Positions 19,701 to 31,380 of a DNA stretch of 64,000 nt are shown in pieces. This DNA is from Nannocystis pusilla (GTDB lineage Bacteria; Myxococcota_A; Polyangia; Nannocystales; Nannocystaceae). Under the pieces are notes generated by a model, which worked only from the letters and a program-made list of their open reading frames with translations, was not told the origin of the DNA and ran no database searches. Made by a program: the position numbers and the translations under genes. How positions within the stretch are numbered: the first letter of the stretch is position 1; every line of letters starts with the position of its first letter. The stretch lies in the NCBI RefSeq assembly GCF_051105105.1, contig NZ_CP185339.1, one strand, 5' to 3'.

Positions 19701-20136
19701 GCGTCGCCTCCTGGCCGGCGGGGCCTGGCGCGGGGGACAGGGTGGCGAAGGCGACGCGGTAGACGCCGCCGCGCTGGAGGGCGTCGATGGTGGCGATCAC
19801 GCGGCGGTGGGGGACCTCGCCGTCGGCGTGGATGACGGCGCGGACCTGCGGGCTGCGGGCGCGCACCGCGGCGGCGCGGGCGACGAGCTCGTCGTCGCCG
19901 GCGATCGGCTCGCCGTCGACGAGGGTGGCGCCGCGCTCGGGGACGATCACCGACAGGACGACCTGGACCTCGCCGGCGGTGCTGGCCTCCGGCAGGTCCA
20001 TCTCGACCGCGGGGGTGACGATGATCTTGGCGGTGACGATGAAGATGATGAGCAGCACCAGGACGATGTCGACCATCGGCGTGACGTTGATGCCGACGAT
20101 CATGCCGCCCTGCTCGCCGCTGCTGTGGCCGGCCAT
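19696..20136 (-). CDS. exbD: ExbD/TolR family biopolymer transport protein
   Basis: MAGHSSGEQGGMIVGINVTPMVDIVLVLLIIFIVTA... is the canonical ExbD N-terminus. ATGA overlap with the exbB stop. Confidence 0.85.
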   Translation of the reverse strand: MAGHSSGEQGGMIVGINVTPMVDIVLVLLIIFIVTAKIIVTPAVEMDLPEASTAGEVQVVLSVIVPERGATLVDGEPIAGDDELVARAAAVRARSPQVRAVIHADGEVPHRRVIATIDALQRGGVYRVAFATLSPAPGPAGQEATP

Positions 20137-20825
20137 CAGCGCGCCTCCTGCTGTCCTTCGGGACCTGTCGTATCGGACATGTACGCGAGGACGAGGTTGG
20201 TGAGCGCCTCGCTGCCCTGGCACAGCGAGGTGATCTTGCGCTGGAAGGCGTTGTAGGCGGCGACCGCGGGGAGGGCCACGAGGAGGCCGACGGCGGTGGC
20301 GACGAGGGCCTCGGCGATGCTCGACATGACGGCGTTGGAGGCGACCTGCGAGGCGGCGCCGGTGCCCCCGCCGTGGCCGGGGGCGGCGTGGCCGAGCTCC
20401 TCGAAGGCGGCGATGACGCCGATGACCGTGCCGAGCAGGCCGACGAACGGGGCGTTGTTGCCGAGGGTGCCGAGGAAGATAAGGCCGCGCTCGAGCTGGC
20501 CGCGCTCGAGCGCGAGGGCGCTCTGCATGGCGTACTCGGCGGCCTTGGGCCCGCGGTCGGCGAGGCGCAGGCCGGCGGCGGCGATCGCCGCGGCGACGCT
20601 CGGCGAGGCGGCGAGCAGGCTCAGGGCGCCGTCGCGGTCGCCGCTCTGCAAGAGCGCGGCGACGCGACCGGCGAGCCCGCGCAGGTCGCCGCCGCGGGCG
20701 CGCAGGACCAGCCAGCGCTCGACGGTGAGGGCGACGCTGACGAGCGAGAGCAGGCCGAGCAGCCACAGCACCCAGCCGGCGCCGGCGCGGAGGAAGAGCT
20801 GCTGGAGGGCGTCGATCGAGGTCAT
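20136..20825 (-). CDS. exbB: MotA/TolQ/ExbB proton-channel family protein
   Basis: 229 aa with GTLGNNAPFVGLLGTVIGVIAAF and AEALVATAVGLLVALPAVAAYNAF. The C-terminal 14 aa (YMSDTTGPEGQQEAR) are encoded by hairpin-family elements at 20150-20195. Confidence 0.85.
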   Translation of the reverse strand: MTSIDALQQLFLRAGAGWVLWLLGLLSLVSVALTVERWLVLRARGGDLRGLAGRVAALLQSGDRDGALSLLAASPSVAAAIAAAGLRLADRGPKAAEYAMQSALALERGQLERGLIFLGTLGNNAPFVGLLGTVIGVIAAFEELGHAAPGHGGGTGAASQVASNAVMSSIAEALVATAVGLLVALPAVAAYNAFQRKITSLCQGSEALTNLVLAYMSDTTGPEGQQEAR

Positions 20826-20829
20826 GGGG

Positions 20830-21564
20830 TCATTCTTCGGCGGTCCAGGCGAACCGCGGCGGGACGGCGATCATGGCGAAGCGGACGGCGGCCAGCGCGT
20901 CGGCGGCGGGGGAGGCCGGATCGTCGGCGGCCAGGGCGGCGAGGTCGTGCGGGCCGGGGCCGAGCGCGGCGAGGGCGTCGAAGTCGACGCCGGCCCACCA
21001 GGCGGCGCCGTCGATGGTGACGTCGAGGGCGCCGCCGACGTCGAGGTCGAACGGGCCGACCCGCAGGCCCTCGATCGTGCGGCTGCCGCGGAGCACGGGG
21101 GCGACGTCGAGGTCGGCGGTGAACTCGAAGGACATGTCCGCAGAGACAGCCGTGCCGGCGAACCGGGCCGCGCGCCCGCCCGGGGCCCCGTCCTGGGCGC
21201 CCGGCTTGGCCTGCGTCTTGAGCCAGGTGACGCCGTAGTCGAGCATGGCCGAGCGGACCTGGCCGGGCAGGACGTCGAGCTCGCCGAGCGCCTGGGGCCC
21301 CGGGTCGCGCAGGTCGACGGGGGCGACCGCGGCGAACTCGGCGGCCGCGGTGGCGCACAGCTCGGAGGAGGCGGCCGCGGTGGCGCACAGGTAGAGCGGG
21401 CCGAGGCCGACTTCGGCCCGCGTGAGGGTCACGGTCCAGGCGCCCACGGTCAGCTCGGCCGCGGCCCCGCGCGCCCGCAGCGGGGCCTGAAAGGCCGGCT
21501 CGCCGGTGGCGCCGCAGGCGGCGCAGAGCAGGAGGAGCATGGCTGGTCGGAGGGACATGCGCAA
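20830..21564 (-). CDS. Lipoprotein of unknown function, translationally coupled upstream of exbB
   Basis: Lipobox LLLCAACG. Stop is 5 nt from the exbB start. Confidence 0.55.
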   Translation of the reverse strand: MRMSLRPAMLLLLCAACGATGEPAFQAPLRARGAAAELTVGAWTVTLTRAEVGLGPLYLCATAAASSELCATAAAEFAAVAPVDLRDPGPQALGELDVLPGQVRSAMLDYGVTWLKTQAKPGAQDGAPGGRAARFAGTAVSADMSFEFTADLDVAPVLRGSRTIEGLRVGPFDLDVGGALDVTIDGAAWWAGVDFDALAALGPGPHDLAALAADDPASPAADALAAVRFAMIAVPPRFAWTAEE

Positions 21565-21625
21565 AAAGACCGGTGACGATGGACAGGTGCGAGAGGACAG
21601 GTCCGGAGGGACAGGCGGCTAGAAG
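21555..21625. repeat. Direct repeats GGACAGG x3 plus GGGACATG between the TBDR stop and the lipoprotein start
   Basis: gggacatgcgcaaaaagaccggtgacgatggacaggtgcgagaggacaggtccggagggacaggcgg. Confidence 0.6.
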
Positions 21626-24246
21626 TGCAGGGTGAGGGTGCCCATGACGCTGAGCGGGGGGCCGGCGGCGAAGTGGCGGGCGGGCAGGAGGGAGGGGATC
21701 GGGCGGGTGCCCCAGTCGGACACGAAGTTGTACTCGGTGGCGGCCCAGCGGCGGGCCAGCAGGTTGAAGGCCTCGACGCCGACCTCGACGACCGACCAGC
21801 GCACCGCGGCGCTGGCGTCGAGGAGGTGGACGGGGTCGGCGAACTGTCCGTAGGGAAGTGGCCGCGGGGACAGGTAGGAGTAGCCGAGGCCGACGCGCAG
21901 GCCGAGCGGGCGGCCCTTGACCTGGGCGAGGTCCTTGTCGATGCCGATGTCGGCGCGCACGACCACCGGCGGGACGTAGGGCAGCAGCTGGCCGGGGACG
22001 TAGGGCGGAGAGGGGTTCTCGGCGGTGGCCGGCGGCGGGGCGCGCAGGACGGCGTGGACGTAGGTGACGCTGCCGGCGGCGACGAGCCACGGCAGCGGGC
22101 GCGCGATCAGCTGGACCGCGGCGCCGGCCCGCCGCGTCGGACCGACCTTCTCGAGCCGGCCTTCCTCGGGGTCGAAGGCGAGGTCCTGGGCGAGGAAGGT
22201 GGCGAAGCCGGCGGCGTTGAGCTGGAGGCGGCCGCCGAGCGGGCTCATGCGCACGCCGCCCTCGGTGCTGTGGACCTTGGCGAACGGGGCCCGCTCGCCC
22301 TCGTCGAGCTGGCGCGCCTGCGGCGAGCGGTAGCCCTGGCCGTAGGCGGCGAACAGGCTGACCCAAGGGACAGGCGCGACCTCGAGGCTGACGCGCGGGC
22401 CGGCGGCCACGCCGGTGGCGGTGCGGCGGTGGCCGACGAGGTGGCTCTCGATCTGGTAGGGGGCGATGAAGTTGCCGAGGCGGTCGTCGATGTCGTAGTG
22501 GAGGACGTCGGCCCGACCGCCGCCGCGCAGGCGCACGCGCTTGCCGAAGCGGAGGTCGAGGTCGCCGTAGAGGCCGACGTCGCTGGCGAGCACGGTGGCG
22601 TCGACGCGCCGGTCCCAGGTCTCGTTCTGCGGCGCCTGCAGCAGGTTCTGCGCCTGCTGGATGTTGTGGATCCGCGCGGCGGCGCCGACCTCGAGGGCGG
22701 CGTGGAACCACGGGGCGGGGCGCCAGCCGGCTGTCCGATGGGACAGGCGTATGCCGCCGCCGAAGTCGCGGTTCTGCTGCTCGATGAGGTCGCCGCGGCC
22801 GACCCACTGCGGCATGACGACGCCGCGCTGGGTGTAGCCGGTGAAGTTCTCGCGGCTGTGGAAGTCGACGAGGGCGGTCCACACCGCCATGCGGGTGACG
22901 GCCCCGCCCTCGCCGCGGCGCTCGAGCTCGAGCGAGAGGTGGCCGCGCGCGGCCGAGGCGGACTGACTGTTGGCCGAGGGGTCGCCGTAGCTGTCGTAGA
23001 AGCCGACGACGCCGGCGGCGACGTCGTCGCGGCGCAGGACGCCGGCGAGGCCGGCCCGCGCGGCGTAGGCGGCGACGTGGACCTTGCCGCGCCAGCCGCC
23101 CGCGGCCGAGAAGGCGAACTGGCCCATGGCCATGCCCGAGAGGCCGCCGCGGTTCATGCCGAAGCCGCGGGTGCGGCGGACGGCGGCGGCGGCGAAGGTC
23201 TCGTCCTCCTGGCCCTTGGGGGCCCACAGGACGAGCTGGCGGAAGGTGGCGAAGGAGCCGCCGGTGCTGCGCAGCTGGACGCCGCGGCGCGGGACGGCGA
23301 GGTCGAAGTCGATGCTGCCGGCGACCGCGAAGTCGCCCTGCCGCGGGTCGTAGACGCCCTCGGTGACGCGGATCGATCGCACGGTCTCGGGGACGATCCA
23401 GTTGAGGTCGGCGTAGCCCTGGCCGTGCAGGTGCGAGACCTGGTTGAGCGGCAAGGCGCCGGCGGTGATCTCGATGTCCTGGCCGTGCGCCGCGTTGAAG
23501 CCGCGCAGGGTGATCTCGTGCGCCACGGCCTCGCCCTCGGCCCGGGCGACGTAGACGCCGGGGGCGCTGCTCAGCATGTCGGCGGCGCTCTGCCGCGGCG
23601 GGGCGGCGAGGACGTCGCGCTCGACCACGAAGTCGCTGGCGGCCCGCGGCGGCGGCCGGCGGCTGCGCGCGGCGACGTCGAGCACCGGCTCGGGCTGGCT
23701 GGCCGAAGCGGCAGGTTGGGACGAGGGGGACGCGCTGTCCGAAGGGACAGGCCCGGAAGGGCTGGCCGAAGGGGCAGGTGGGGGCGACGCCGGCTGGCTG
23801 GCCGAAGAGCCAGGTTGCGAGGGACCCGGCTGGCTGGCCGCAGGGGCAGGTTGCCCGGGCGGGGCCGAAGGGGCAGGTTCACCCGCGGGCGCCTCGGCAG
23901 GCTGGGCCGGCGGGGCGAAGTTGAAGGGCACGCGGATCTTGACGGCCACCGCGACGTCGTCGCGGCGCGCGGGGTCGAACCGCCACTGCTTGACCGCGGC
24001 GACGGCGGCGTCGTCGAAGGCCGCGCCCCCGCTCTTCAGCACCTCGACGGCGCCGACCCGCCCGTCAGCCTCGACGGTGACGGCCAGCTCGACGGCGACG
24101 GTGTCGCTGCGCGCCTCGGCGAGCGGATAGACGGCGTCGACCCGGGTCCGCGGGCTCGGCGGGACCACCGCGGGCGCGGCGCGGCCCGGCGAGGCCCACA
24201 GGCACGCCGCGAGGCAGGTGCAGAGCGTGGCGCGTGCGCGTGGCAC
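21619..24246 (-). CDS. TonB-dependent outer-membrane receptor with N-terminal TonB_C-like domain
   Basis: 875 aa. Signal. AVYPLAEARSDTVAVELAVTVEADGRVGAVEVLKSGGAAFDDAAVAAVKQWRFDP matches the TonB C-terminal fold. Pro/Ser linker. Plug domain (ITLRGFNAAHGQDIEITAGALPLNQVSHLHGQGYADLNWI). Beta-barrel ending in terminal Phe (TLTLHF). Confidence 0.8.
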   Translation of the reverse strand: MPRARATLCTCLAACLWASPGRAAPAVVPPSPRTRVDAVYPLAEARSDTVAVELAVTVEADGRVGAVEVLKSGGAAFDDAAVAAVKQWRFDPARRDDVAVAVKIRVPFNFAPPAQPAEAPAGEPAPSAPPGQPAPAASQPGPSQPGSSASQPASPPPAPSASPSGPVPSDSASPSSQPAASASQPEPVLDVAARSRRPPPRAASDFVVERDVLAAPPRQSAADMLSSAPGVYVARAEGEAVAHEITLRGFNAAHGQDIEITAGALPLNQVSHLHGQGYADLNWIVPETVRSIRVTEGVYDPRQGDFAVAGSIDFDLAVPRRGVQLRSTGGSFATFRQLVLWAPKGQEDETFAAAAVRRTRGFGMNRGGLSGMAMGQFAFSAAGGWRGKVHVAAYAARAGLAGVLRRDDVAAGVVGFYDSYGDPSANSQSASAARGHLSLELERRGEGGAVTRMAVWTALVDFHSRENFTGYTQRGVVMPQWVGRGDLIEQQNRDFGGGIRLSHRTAGWRPAPWFHAALEVGAAARIHNIQQAQNLLQAPQNETWDRRVDATVLASDVGLYGDLDLRFGKRVRLRGGGRADVLHYDIDDRLGNFIAPYQIESHLVGHRRTATGVAAGPRVSLEVAPVPWVSLFAAYGQGYRSPQARQLDEGERAPFAKVHSTEGGVRMSPLGGRLQLNAAGFATFLAQDLAFDPEEGRLEKVGPTRRAGAAVQLIARPLPWLVAAGSVTYVHAVLRAPPPATAENPSPPYVPGQLLPYVPPVVVRADIGIDKDLAQVKGRPLGLRVGLGYSYLSPRPLPYGQFADPVHLLDASAAVRWSVVEVGVEAFNLLARRWAATEYNFVSDWGTRPIPSLLPARHFAAGPPLSVMGTLTLHF
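23700..23880. repeat. Degenerate tandem copies of the hairpin element (ctgtccgaagggacagg, ctggccgaaggggcagg ...) inside the TBDR CDS, encoding its SQP-rich linker
   Basis: At least 5 units read directly from the sequence. The minus-strand translation gives PAPAASQPGPSQPGSSASQPASPPPAPSASPSGP. Confidence 0.6.
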
Positions 24247-24470
24247 CGGGATCGAACGGTTAAGAGATCCCAGCCGAGGCCGTCAAGCGAGCGGGCCGCT
24301 CTCGCACTCGAGTCGCTGTTGTCAGCCGACTGCAGTTGCAATGCGAGTGCATGTGCGGCTGGCACGCGAACGCGCTTCGGCGGGCGACAGGGGCGTGCGC
24401 GGGCGCGACGGGGCGATCGACCGCGCGAGCGAGCCGCGGCGGAGGCCGCCCGGTCGGAGTTAGGTCACGA

Positions 24471-25916
24471 TCAACCGGGCGGGCGGTCGCCGCCGGCGAT
24501 GTCGAGCGCGCCGTCCATCAGCGGCCGCGGATCGCCGTCGACGTCGGTCCGCGGGTCGCCCTGCTTCCAGCGGGCGACGCCGGCGAGCGGGAGGCCGTCG
24601 CCGAACACGTGCAGGTCGCCGCCGTTCCAGTCCATGAAGATCTGCGGGACGGCCTGCGGCGGGATGACGCCGGTGTTGGTGTCGACGTTCTCGAGCTCGG
24701 AGGCGCTGACGACCGAGTCGGAGAGCTGGGCCGCGCTGGTGGCACAGGAGAAGGTGTTGACGAGGCCGTGGCTCAGGAGCGCCGAGTTGCGCGCGTCGAG
24801 CCCGGCGGTGCCGTCGAGGCAGGCGAACAGGCCCGACTCGTGCTGGGTGATGTCGCCGAGCGTGGTGTAGAGCAGGTGTGCGGCGCTGGCGTTGCCGATC
24901 TCGAGCGCGGCGCCCATGTTGAAGTGGGCGACGAGGCTGTTCTCCAGCCGCATGGTGGTGCCCTCGGCGATGTGGATGGAGTGGAGGTTCAGCGCGAGCT
25001 GGTTGCGGCGGACCACGGTGGTGCAGTCGGCGGCCGAGATGGCGCGACCGCCGTAGGCGACGATCCGGACGTTGTCGAGCCACAGCTGGGCGGAGGACCG
25101 GCAACGGACCGCGGCGGCGCCCTGACCGTTCTCGATGCGGATCCGCGAGACGTAGAGCTCGCTGTCGATGGCGAGGTCCTGCATCTCGACGCCGAGGAGG
25201 ATGGTGGGCTCGACGTCGACGGTGAAGGTGGTGAGCTCGCTGCCGAGGATGGCGACTTTGCGCCCGCCCTGTTCGAGGTGGATGCCGGTCGAATAGGTGC
25301 CGGGGAGCAGGTGGAGGACGAGGTGCACCGCGTCCTGGTGCTGGCTCATGGCCTGGCCGATCGAGCAGCACGGCTGATCCTTGGCGCAGGACTGCTCGCC
25401 GCAGACGAGGGTGGGGTCGATGAAGGCGTGGCTGGTGCTGTCCTTGGGGAAGCAGACGCCGTCGTCGAGCTCGCAGGCGGTCTCCGGGCACTCGTCGTGC
25501 TCGCGGCAGGCGCGGCAGACGTGATCGACCGGGTCGCACACGCCGCCGTTGCAGGTGGCGCTGTCGATGCACTCGACGCACTGGCCCTCGTGACACTGCT
25601 GGCCGGACTGGCACTCGGTGGCGTTGTCGCAGGGGCACACGTCGAGGTCGCAGGGCTGGCCGGTGGTGTCGGTCCCGGTCGAGGCGTCGCCGGTGAGCGT
25701 GCCGGTGCTCTCCTCGCCGGTGGTGGGCCCGGTGGGCCCGAGGCTGGTGCCCGGGCCCTCGCTGCTGACGGTGCTCCCGGTCTCGACCGTGGTGGTGCTG
25801 GTGGTGGCCGGGCCGTCGCTGCCGCCGGCGCCGGTCGTGTCGCTGCCGACCGGGTCGAAGCAGGCGGCGAAAAGGAGGGATGACGCGAGGGACAGGAGAG
25901 ATGTCTTCACGGTCAT
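24471..25916 (-). CDS. Lipoprotein with Thr-rich linker, Cys-rich module and parallel beta-helix-like repeats
   Basis: Lipobox LLFAAC. Block CPCDNATECQSGQQCHEGQCVECIDSATCNGGVCD. Repetitive beta-helix-like C-terminal half. Confidence 0.5.
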   Translation of the reverse strand: MTVKTSLLSLASSLLFAACFDPVGSDTTGAGGSDGPATTSTTTVETGSTVSSEGPGTSLGPTGPTTGEESTGTLTGDASTGTDTTGQPCDLDVCPCDNATECQSGQQCHEGQCVECIDSATCNGGVCDPVDHVCRACREHDECPETACELDDGVCFPKDSTSHAFIDPTLVCGEQSCAKDQPCCSIGQAMSQHQDAVHLVLHLLPGTYSTGIHLEQGGRKVAILGSELTTFTVDVEPTILLGVEMQDLAIDSELYVSRIRIENGQGAAAVRCRSSAQLWLDNVRIVAYGGRAISAADCTTVVRRNQLALNLHSIHIAEGTTMRLENSLVAHFNMGAALEIGNASAAHLLYTTLGDITQHESGLFACLDGTAGLDARNSALLSHGLVNTFSCATSAAQLSDSVVSASELENVDTNTGVIPPQAVPQIFMDWNGGDLHVFGDGLPLAGVARWKQGDPRTDVDGDPRPLMDGALDIAGGDRPPG

Positions 25917-26076
25917 GCTCTTTGGGTCATGGTGGTTGGGTCATGACGGTCGAGGCGGCGCCGGGTTCGCAAGCGCAGCGGCGCGGCGGGCTCGACCGAG
26001 GAGGACACGGGCGAGGACGCGTGCGCGCGAGCAGGCGGACATGGCAGCGCGTCGGCGCCGGGGCAGCGGCAGGGCT

Positions 26077-27783
<1,707 letters not shown>

Positions 27784-28593
27784 GCCTGGTCTCGCTTACC
27801 TACACCAGCCGTGGCCGTTCTGCACGCTAGAACGAAGTCCGTTCTGGAGCGAGGCCGTGGGCGGGCGCTGGTGCCCGGGGCGGGCGGATCTGCGCTGAAA
27901 CGGCGTCTGGCGCGACGTTGGCGGCGAAACGTCGACCGGCTGGGGTGTGCTCGCGGCGATCGAGCGCCGGGCCGTGCAGGCGAGCGGGATCCTCCCCGCC
28001 TGCCGGCCGTGATGTGGGTCCCCGGCGCGGCTCGCTGCCCCGCCGGCTGCGGTTCACGGGCAGCGACCGCCGCGCCGGGGTTCATCGTCGTGCACGTGCG
28101 CCGACCTCGGGGCTTCGGGCCTCAGGCTCGTCGCGCGAGGCTGGCGGACGCGACGGGAGATGACAGGGCGACGCGCGACGCGAGAGCCTCGGCAGCGACC
28201 GCGTCGCGACGAAGAACGCGAAGGCGTCGCAGTCCGCCGAACGCGGGGCGGCGCGCTGCAGCGAGGTGGCTGTCGGCCGCGAGGGCCCCGGAGGCGGCCC
28301 GTGCAGCGGCAGCGAGGGGCCCGGCGGCGCGCCGGCGGCGCGGATCAGCGCGACGCTCGGCGGGCGGAGGTGTTGTACACTCGCGCCGGTTTTTCCCCGG
28401 ATGTCGCGCCGCTTCGCCCGCACCTGGTCGCTCGCCCTCGTCGAGGTCGACCGCGCCTGTGCGGGCCCGGACGGGCCGCCCCCCTCGGCCCTGCCCGCAG
28501 CCCGGCCCTCGCCCCCCGAGGCGCCCTGCTGACCGCGATGGCGCCGCGCACCGGTCCGATCCGCCCTGTCCTTTCGGACATCCCCCACACGAC

Positions 28594-29478
28594 ATGAAGC
28601 ACGCCACGCGTCCCTCTCGGGTCCTGTCTCTCCTCACCGCGCTCGCTCTGGTGGCGCCCTCGCCGGCGCTGGCGGCACCCGCCCAGGACACCAAGGCGCT
28701 GGCGGCGTTCGAGGCCGGGTTCAACGAGGGACAGGCCAAGTTCGACCGCGGCGAGGACCTCGAGGCGGCGCGCACGTGGATCGCGGCGGCGGCCAACCTC
28801 AAGGAGACGACGGCCCACCGGGACAACCGCGCGGCCGTCTACGAGTACGTGGTCGACGCGTTCACGCGCGGGCTGCAGGGCGAGAAGCGGCCGGAGGCGT
28901 TGCGTGAGGCGGCCCAGGCGCTCGACGCCTACTGCGAGGGATTCACCCGCGCGTACGGGACCGAGACGCCCATCAGTCCCAAGATCGTGGCGGCGCGCGA
29001 CGACTTCAAGCAGCGGCTGGCCGAGGCCGAGGCCGCGTCGGCGGCCGAGAAGCCGCCGGTGGATAACCAGGTCGAGGGGCCCGAGGAACTGCCGCCGCCG
29101 CCGCCCGACGAGCTGCCGGAGCCCAAGCCGTGGAAGGGGCTGGCGATCGGCGGCGGGGTAATGATCGGGCTCGGCGTCGGCGCGGCGGTGGTGGCCGGGG
29201 TCGGCGGAGCGCGCGTGTCTTCGCTCGAGAAGCAGGTCGACGACCCGGCCAGCATGTGCGTGCTCAGCATGCCGTCGCCGTCGTGCCAGGACCTGCTCGA
29301 CCGCGGCAAGGCGGCCGAGTCGATGACCATTGCAGGGGCAGTGCTGGCCCCGCTGCTGGCGGGCGCCGGCGTGGCCCTGCTGGTCGTCGGGCTCAAGCGC
29401 CGCTCGCAGCCAAGCACCGCGTTCGCGCCGGCGCTGGCGCCGGGGTTCGTCGGGCTCAGCCTGCGCGGCTCGTTCTGA
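28594..29478 (+). CDS. Hypothetical membrane-anchored secreted protein
   Basis: Start MKHATRPSRVLSLLTALALVAPSPALA (signal) in track ORF 25618..29478. Two TM helices near the C-terminus. A hairpin CTGTCCtttcGGACAT lies 12 nt upstream of the ATG, with no obvious SD. Confidence 0.5.
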   Translation: MKHATRPSRVLSLLTALALVAPSPALAAPAQDTKALAAFEAGFNEGQAKFDRGEDLEAARTWIAAAANLKETTAHRDNRAAVYEYVVDAFTRGLQGEKRPEALREAAQALDAYCEGFTRAYGTETPISPKIVAARDDFKQRLAEAEAASAAEKPPVDNQVEGPEELPPPPPDELPEPKPWKGLAIGGGVMIGLGVGAAVVAGVGGARVSSLEKQVDDPASMCVLSMPSPSCQDLLDRGKAAESMTIAGAVLAPLLAGAGVALLVVGLKRRSQPSTAFAPALAPGFVGLSLRGSF

Positions 29479-29529
29479 CTCACCCGGTGACGTTGCCCGG
29501 CGCGTGCGAGCCGACCGGGCGAGCTCGCC

Positions 29530-29720
29530 GGGACGAAGAGGCATGTCCGCAAGGGCATGTCTTCGAGGGCAGGTCGTGAAGGGCATGTCGGGGAGGGCAT
29601 GTCCCCAAGGCCCGGGCGCGGTTGCGGCCCGCGGGCCTCCCGTCCAGGGGAGGCCGGCGTGTCCACGAGGACATGCTCGAAGAAGCATGTCCGATACGGC
29701 ATGCCCCCTTCGGGCACGCC
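29530..29720. repeat. Dense array of at least 8 hairpin-family elements (GGGCATGTC direct repeats, ~15-nt period, plus CATGTCC..GGACATG palindromes) between convergent genes
   Basis: gcatgtccgcaagggcatgtcttcgagggcaggtcgtgaagggcatgtcggggagggcatgtccccaagg ... gtgtccacgaggacatgctcgaagaagcatgtccgatacggcatgcccccttcgggcacgcc. Confidence 0.75.
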
Positions 29721-29723
29721 GGC

Positions 29724-31337
29724 CTACTCGCCGCCGAGGCAGACGCCGTCGCGGCGGGGGTCGCCGAAGCCCGACAGGCGGCCGTCCTTGGCGCGCTGGA
29801 CGGTGTGGACGCCGCCGAAGAACATGTTGAGGCCGGGCCAGGCGGTGGTGCGGGCGAACAGGCCGGCGAGGGTCTCGGCGGCGGCGGGGGAGAGGCCGGC
29901 CTCGAAGCTGACGTGGTCGTCCTCGACGTGGATCCGCGGGGCCGCGATCGCCGCGGGCAGGGGCAGGCCGAAGTCGAGGACGTTGGAGACGACCTGGAGG
30001 ACGGCGGTGCGGATCCGCTTCGAGCCGCCGCTGCCGCACACCAGCAGGCTGCCGTCGTCGCCGACGATCGCGGTCGGCGACATCATCGACGCCAGGCGCT
30101 GGTCGAGCGGCCAGGCGTGCGGGCCCGGCGGGTTGACGTCGTCCTCGCCGAGCATGTTGTTGAGCATCATGCCGGTGCCCGGGACGATCTCGCCGCAGCC
30201 CTCGCCGTTGCTGACGGTGGCGGTGGCGGCGTTGCCGGCGGCGTCGATGACGCTGACGTGGGTGGTGCCGCGGCTGCGCAGCGGGCCGGCCAGCGCCGCG
30301 GCGTGGGCGGCCAGCAGGTCGCCGCCGAGCCAGGCCGCCTCGACGCCCTCGCGCGGCGGGCCGGCGGCCGCGCGCGCGCGCACGGTCTCGGCCTGGACGC
30401 GGGCCAGCAGGGCCAGGTGCTCGGCTGTCTGAAAGCCCATGTCCTTCAGGCCATGTCCGGAGAGCAAGGCGAGGGCGAAGGCGATCATCAGGCCGCCGGC
30501 GGCCGGCGGCGGGTTGGTGAGCAGGGTGGCGTCGCGGTAGCGCAGGCGCAGCGGGGCGCGGGCCTGCACGCGGTAGGCGGCGAGGTCGTCGGCGGTGATG
30601 TGGCCGCCGGCCTCGCGGCTCTGGCGGACGATCGCGGCGGCGACGTCGCCGCGGTAGAACAGGTCCTCGCCCTCGCGCGCGAGCTGCTCGAGCATGTCCC
30701 CGAGGACAGGGTTGACGAGGCGCCCGCCGGCCTTGACCGGCGTCGGCGCGCCGCCCTCGACGGCCGCGGGATCGCCGAAGATCGCGCGGGCGGCCGGCAG
30801 CTCGAGGTAGATCGGCGCCACCAGCGTCATGAGGTAGGCCATGAACGGCGACACGGCGATGCCGTCGCGGGCGGCCTGCACCGCGGGCGCGGCGATGACG
30901 GGCATCGGCAGGCGCGCGAGCTCGCGGTGGACCGCGAACATGCCGGCGACGAGGCCCGGCGTGGCGGCGCAGCCGACTCCGATGTGGAACGCTTGCTGCG
31001 CGGTGCCCCAGTCGGTGATCACCTCGCGCGCGTTGGCCTCGGCCGGCGGCCGGCGCACGCGCGGCGTGTGGACGAAGGCGTCGTAGAGCCGCGGCTCGCC
31101 GCCGGCCGGGAGCGCGAGGATGAAGCCGCCGCCGCCCGGCGAGGCGAGCACCGGCTCGGCGACACACGCGGCCATCAGCGCGGCGAGCACGGCGTCGAAC
31201 GCGTTGCCCCCGGCCGCGAGCGCGTGCATGGCGGCCGCTGCGGTGACGGGGTGACCGGCGGCGACGCAGCCGCGGCGGTCGTGATGGAACTCGGGTGCCG
31301 TGACCGCTGTGTATCGTGCGTGAGGGGTCGCGCGCAA
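29724..31337 (-). CDS. ggt: Gamma-glutamyltranspeptidase family protein
   Basis: 537 aa. The nucleophile-region block TTHVSVIDAAGNAATATVSNGEGCGEIVPGTGMMLNNMLGE and GSGGSKRI are characteristic of GGT. Confidence 0.85.
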   Translation of the reverse strand: MRATPHARYTAVTAPEFHHDRRGCVAAGHPVTAAAAMHALAAGGNAFDAVLAALMAACVAEPVLASPGGGGFILALPAGGEPRLYDAFVHTPRVRRPPAEANAREVITDWGTAQQAFHIGVGCAATPGLVAGMFAVHRELARLPMPVIAAPAVQAARDGIAVSPFMAYLMTLVAPIYLELPAARAIFGDPAAVEGGAPTPVKAGGRLVNPVLGDMLEQLAREGEDLFYRGDVAAAIVRQSREAGGHITADDLAAYRVQARAPLRLRYRDATLLTNPPPAAGGLMIAFALALLSGHGLKDMGFQTAEHLALLARVQAETVRARAAAGPPREGVEAAWLGGDLLAAHAAALAGPLRSRGTTHVSVIDAAGNAATATVSNGEGCGEIVPGTGMMLNNMLGEDDVNPPGPHAWPLDQRLASMMSPTAIVGDDGSLLVCGSGGSKRIRTAVLQVVSNVLDFGLPLPAAIAAPRIHVEDDHVSFEAGLSPAAAETLAGLFARTTAWPGLNMFFGGVHTVQRAKDGRLSGFGDPRRDGVCLGGE

Positions 31338-31380
31338 CGGCGCTTGGCGCGTCGGGGGGCCGCCGGTATCCTCGCCGCCG

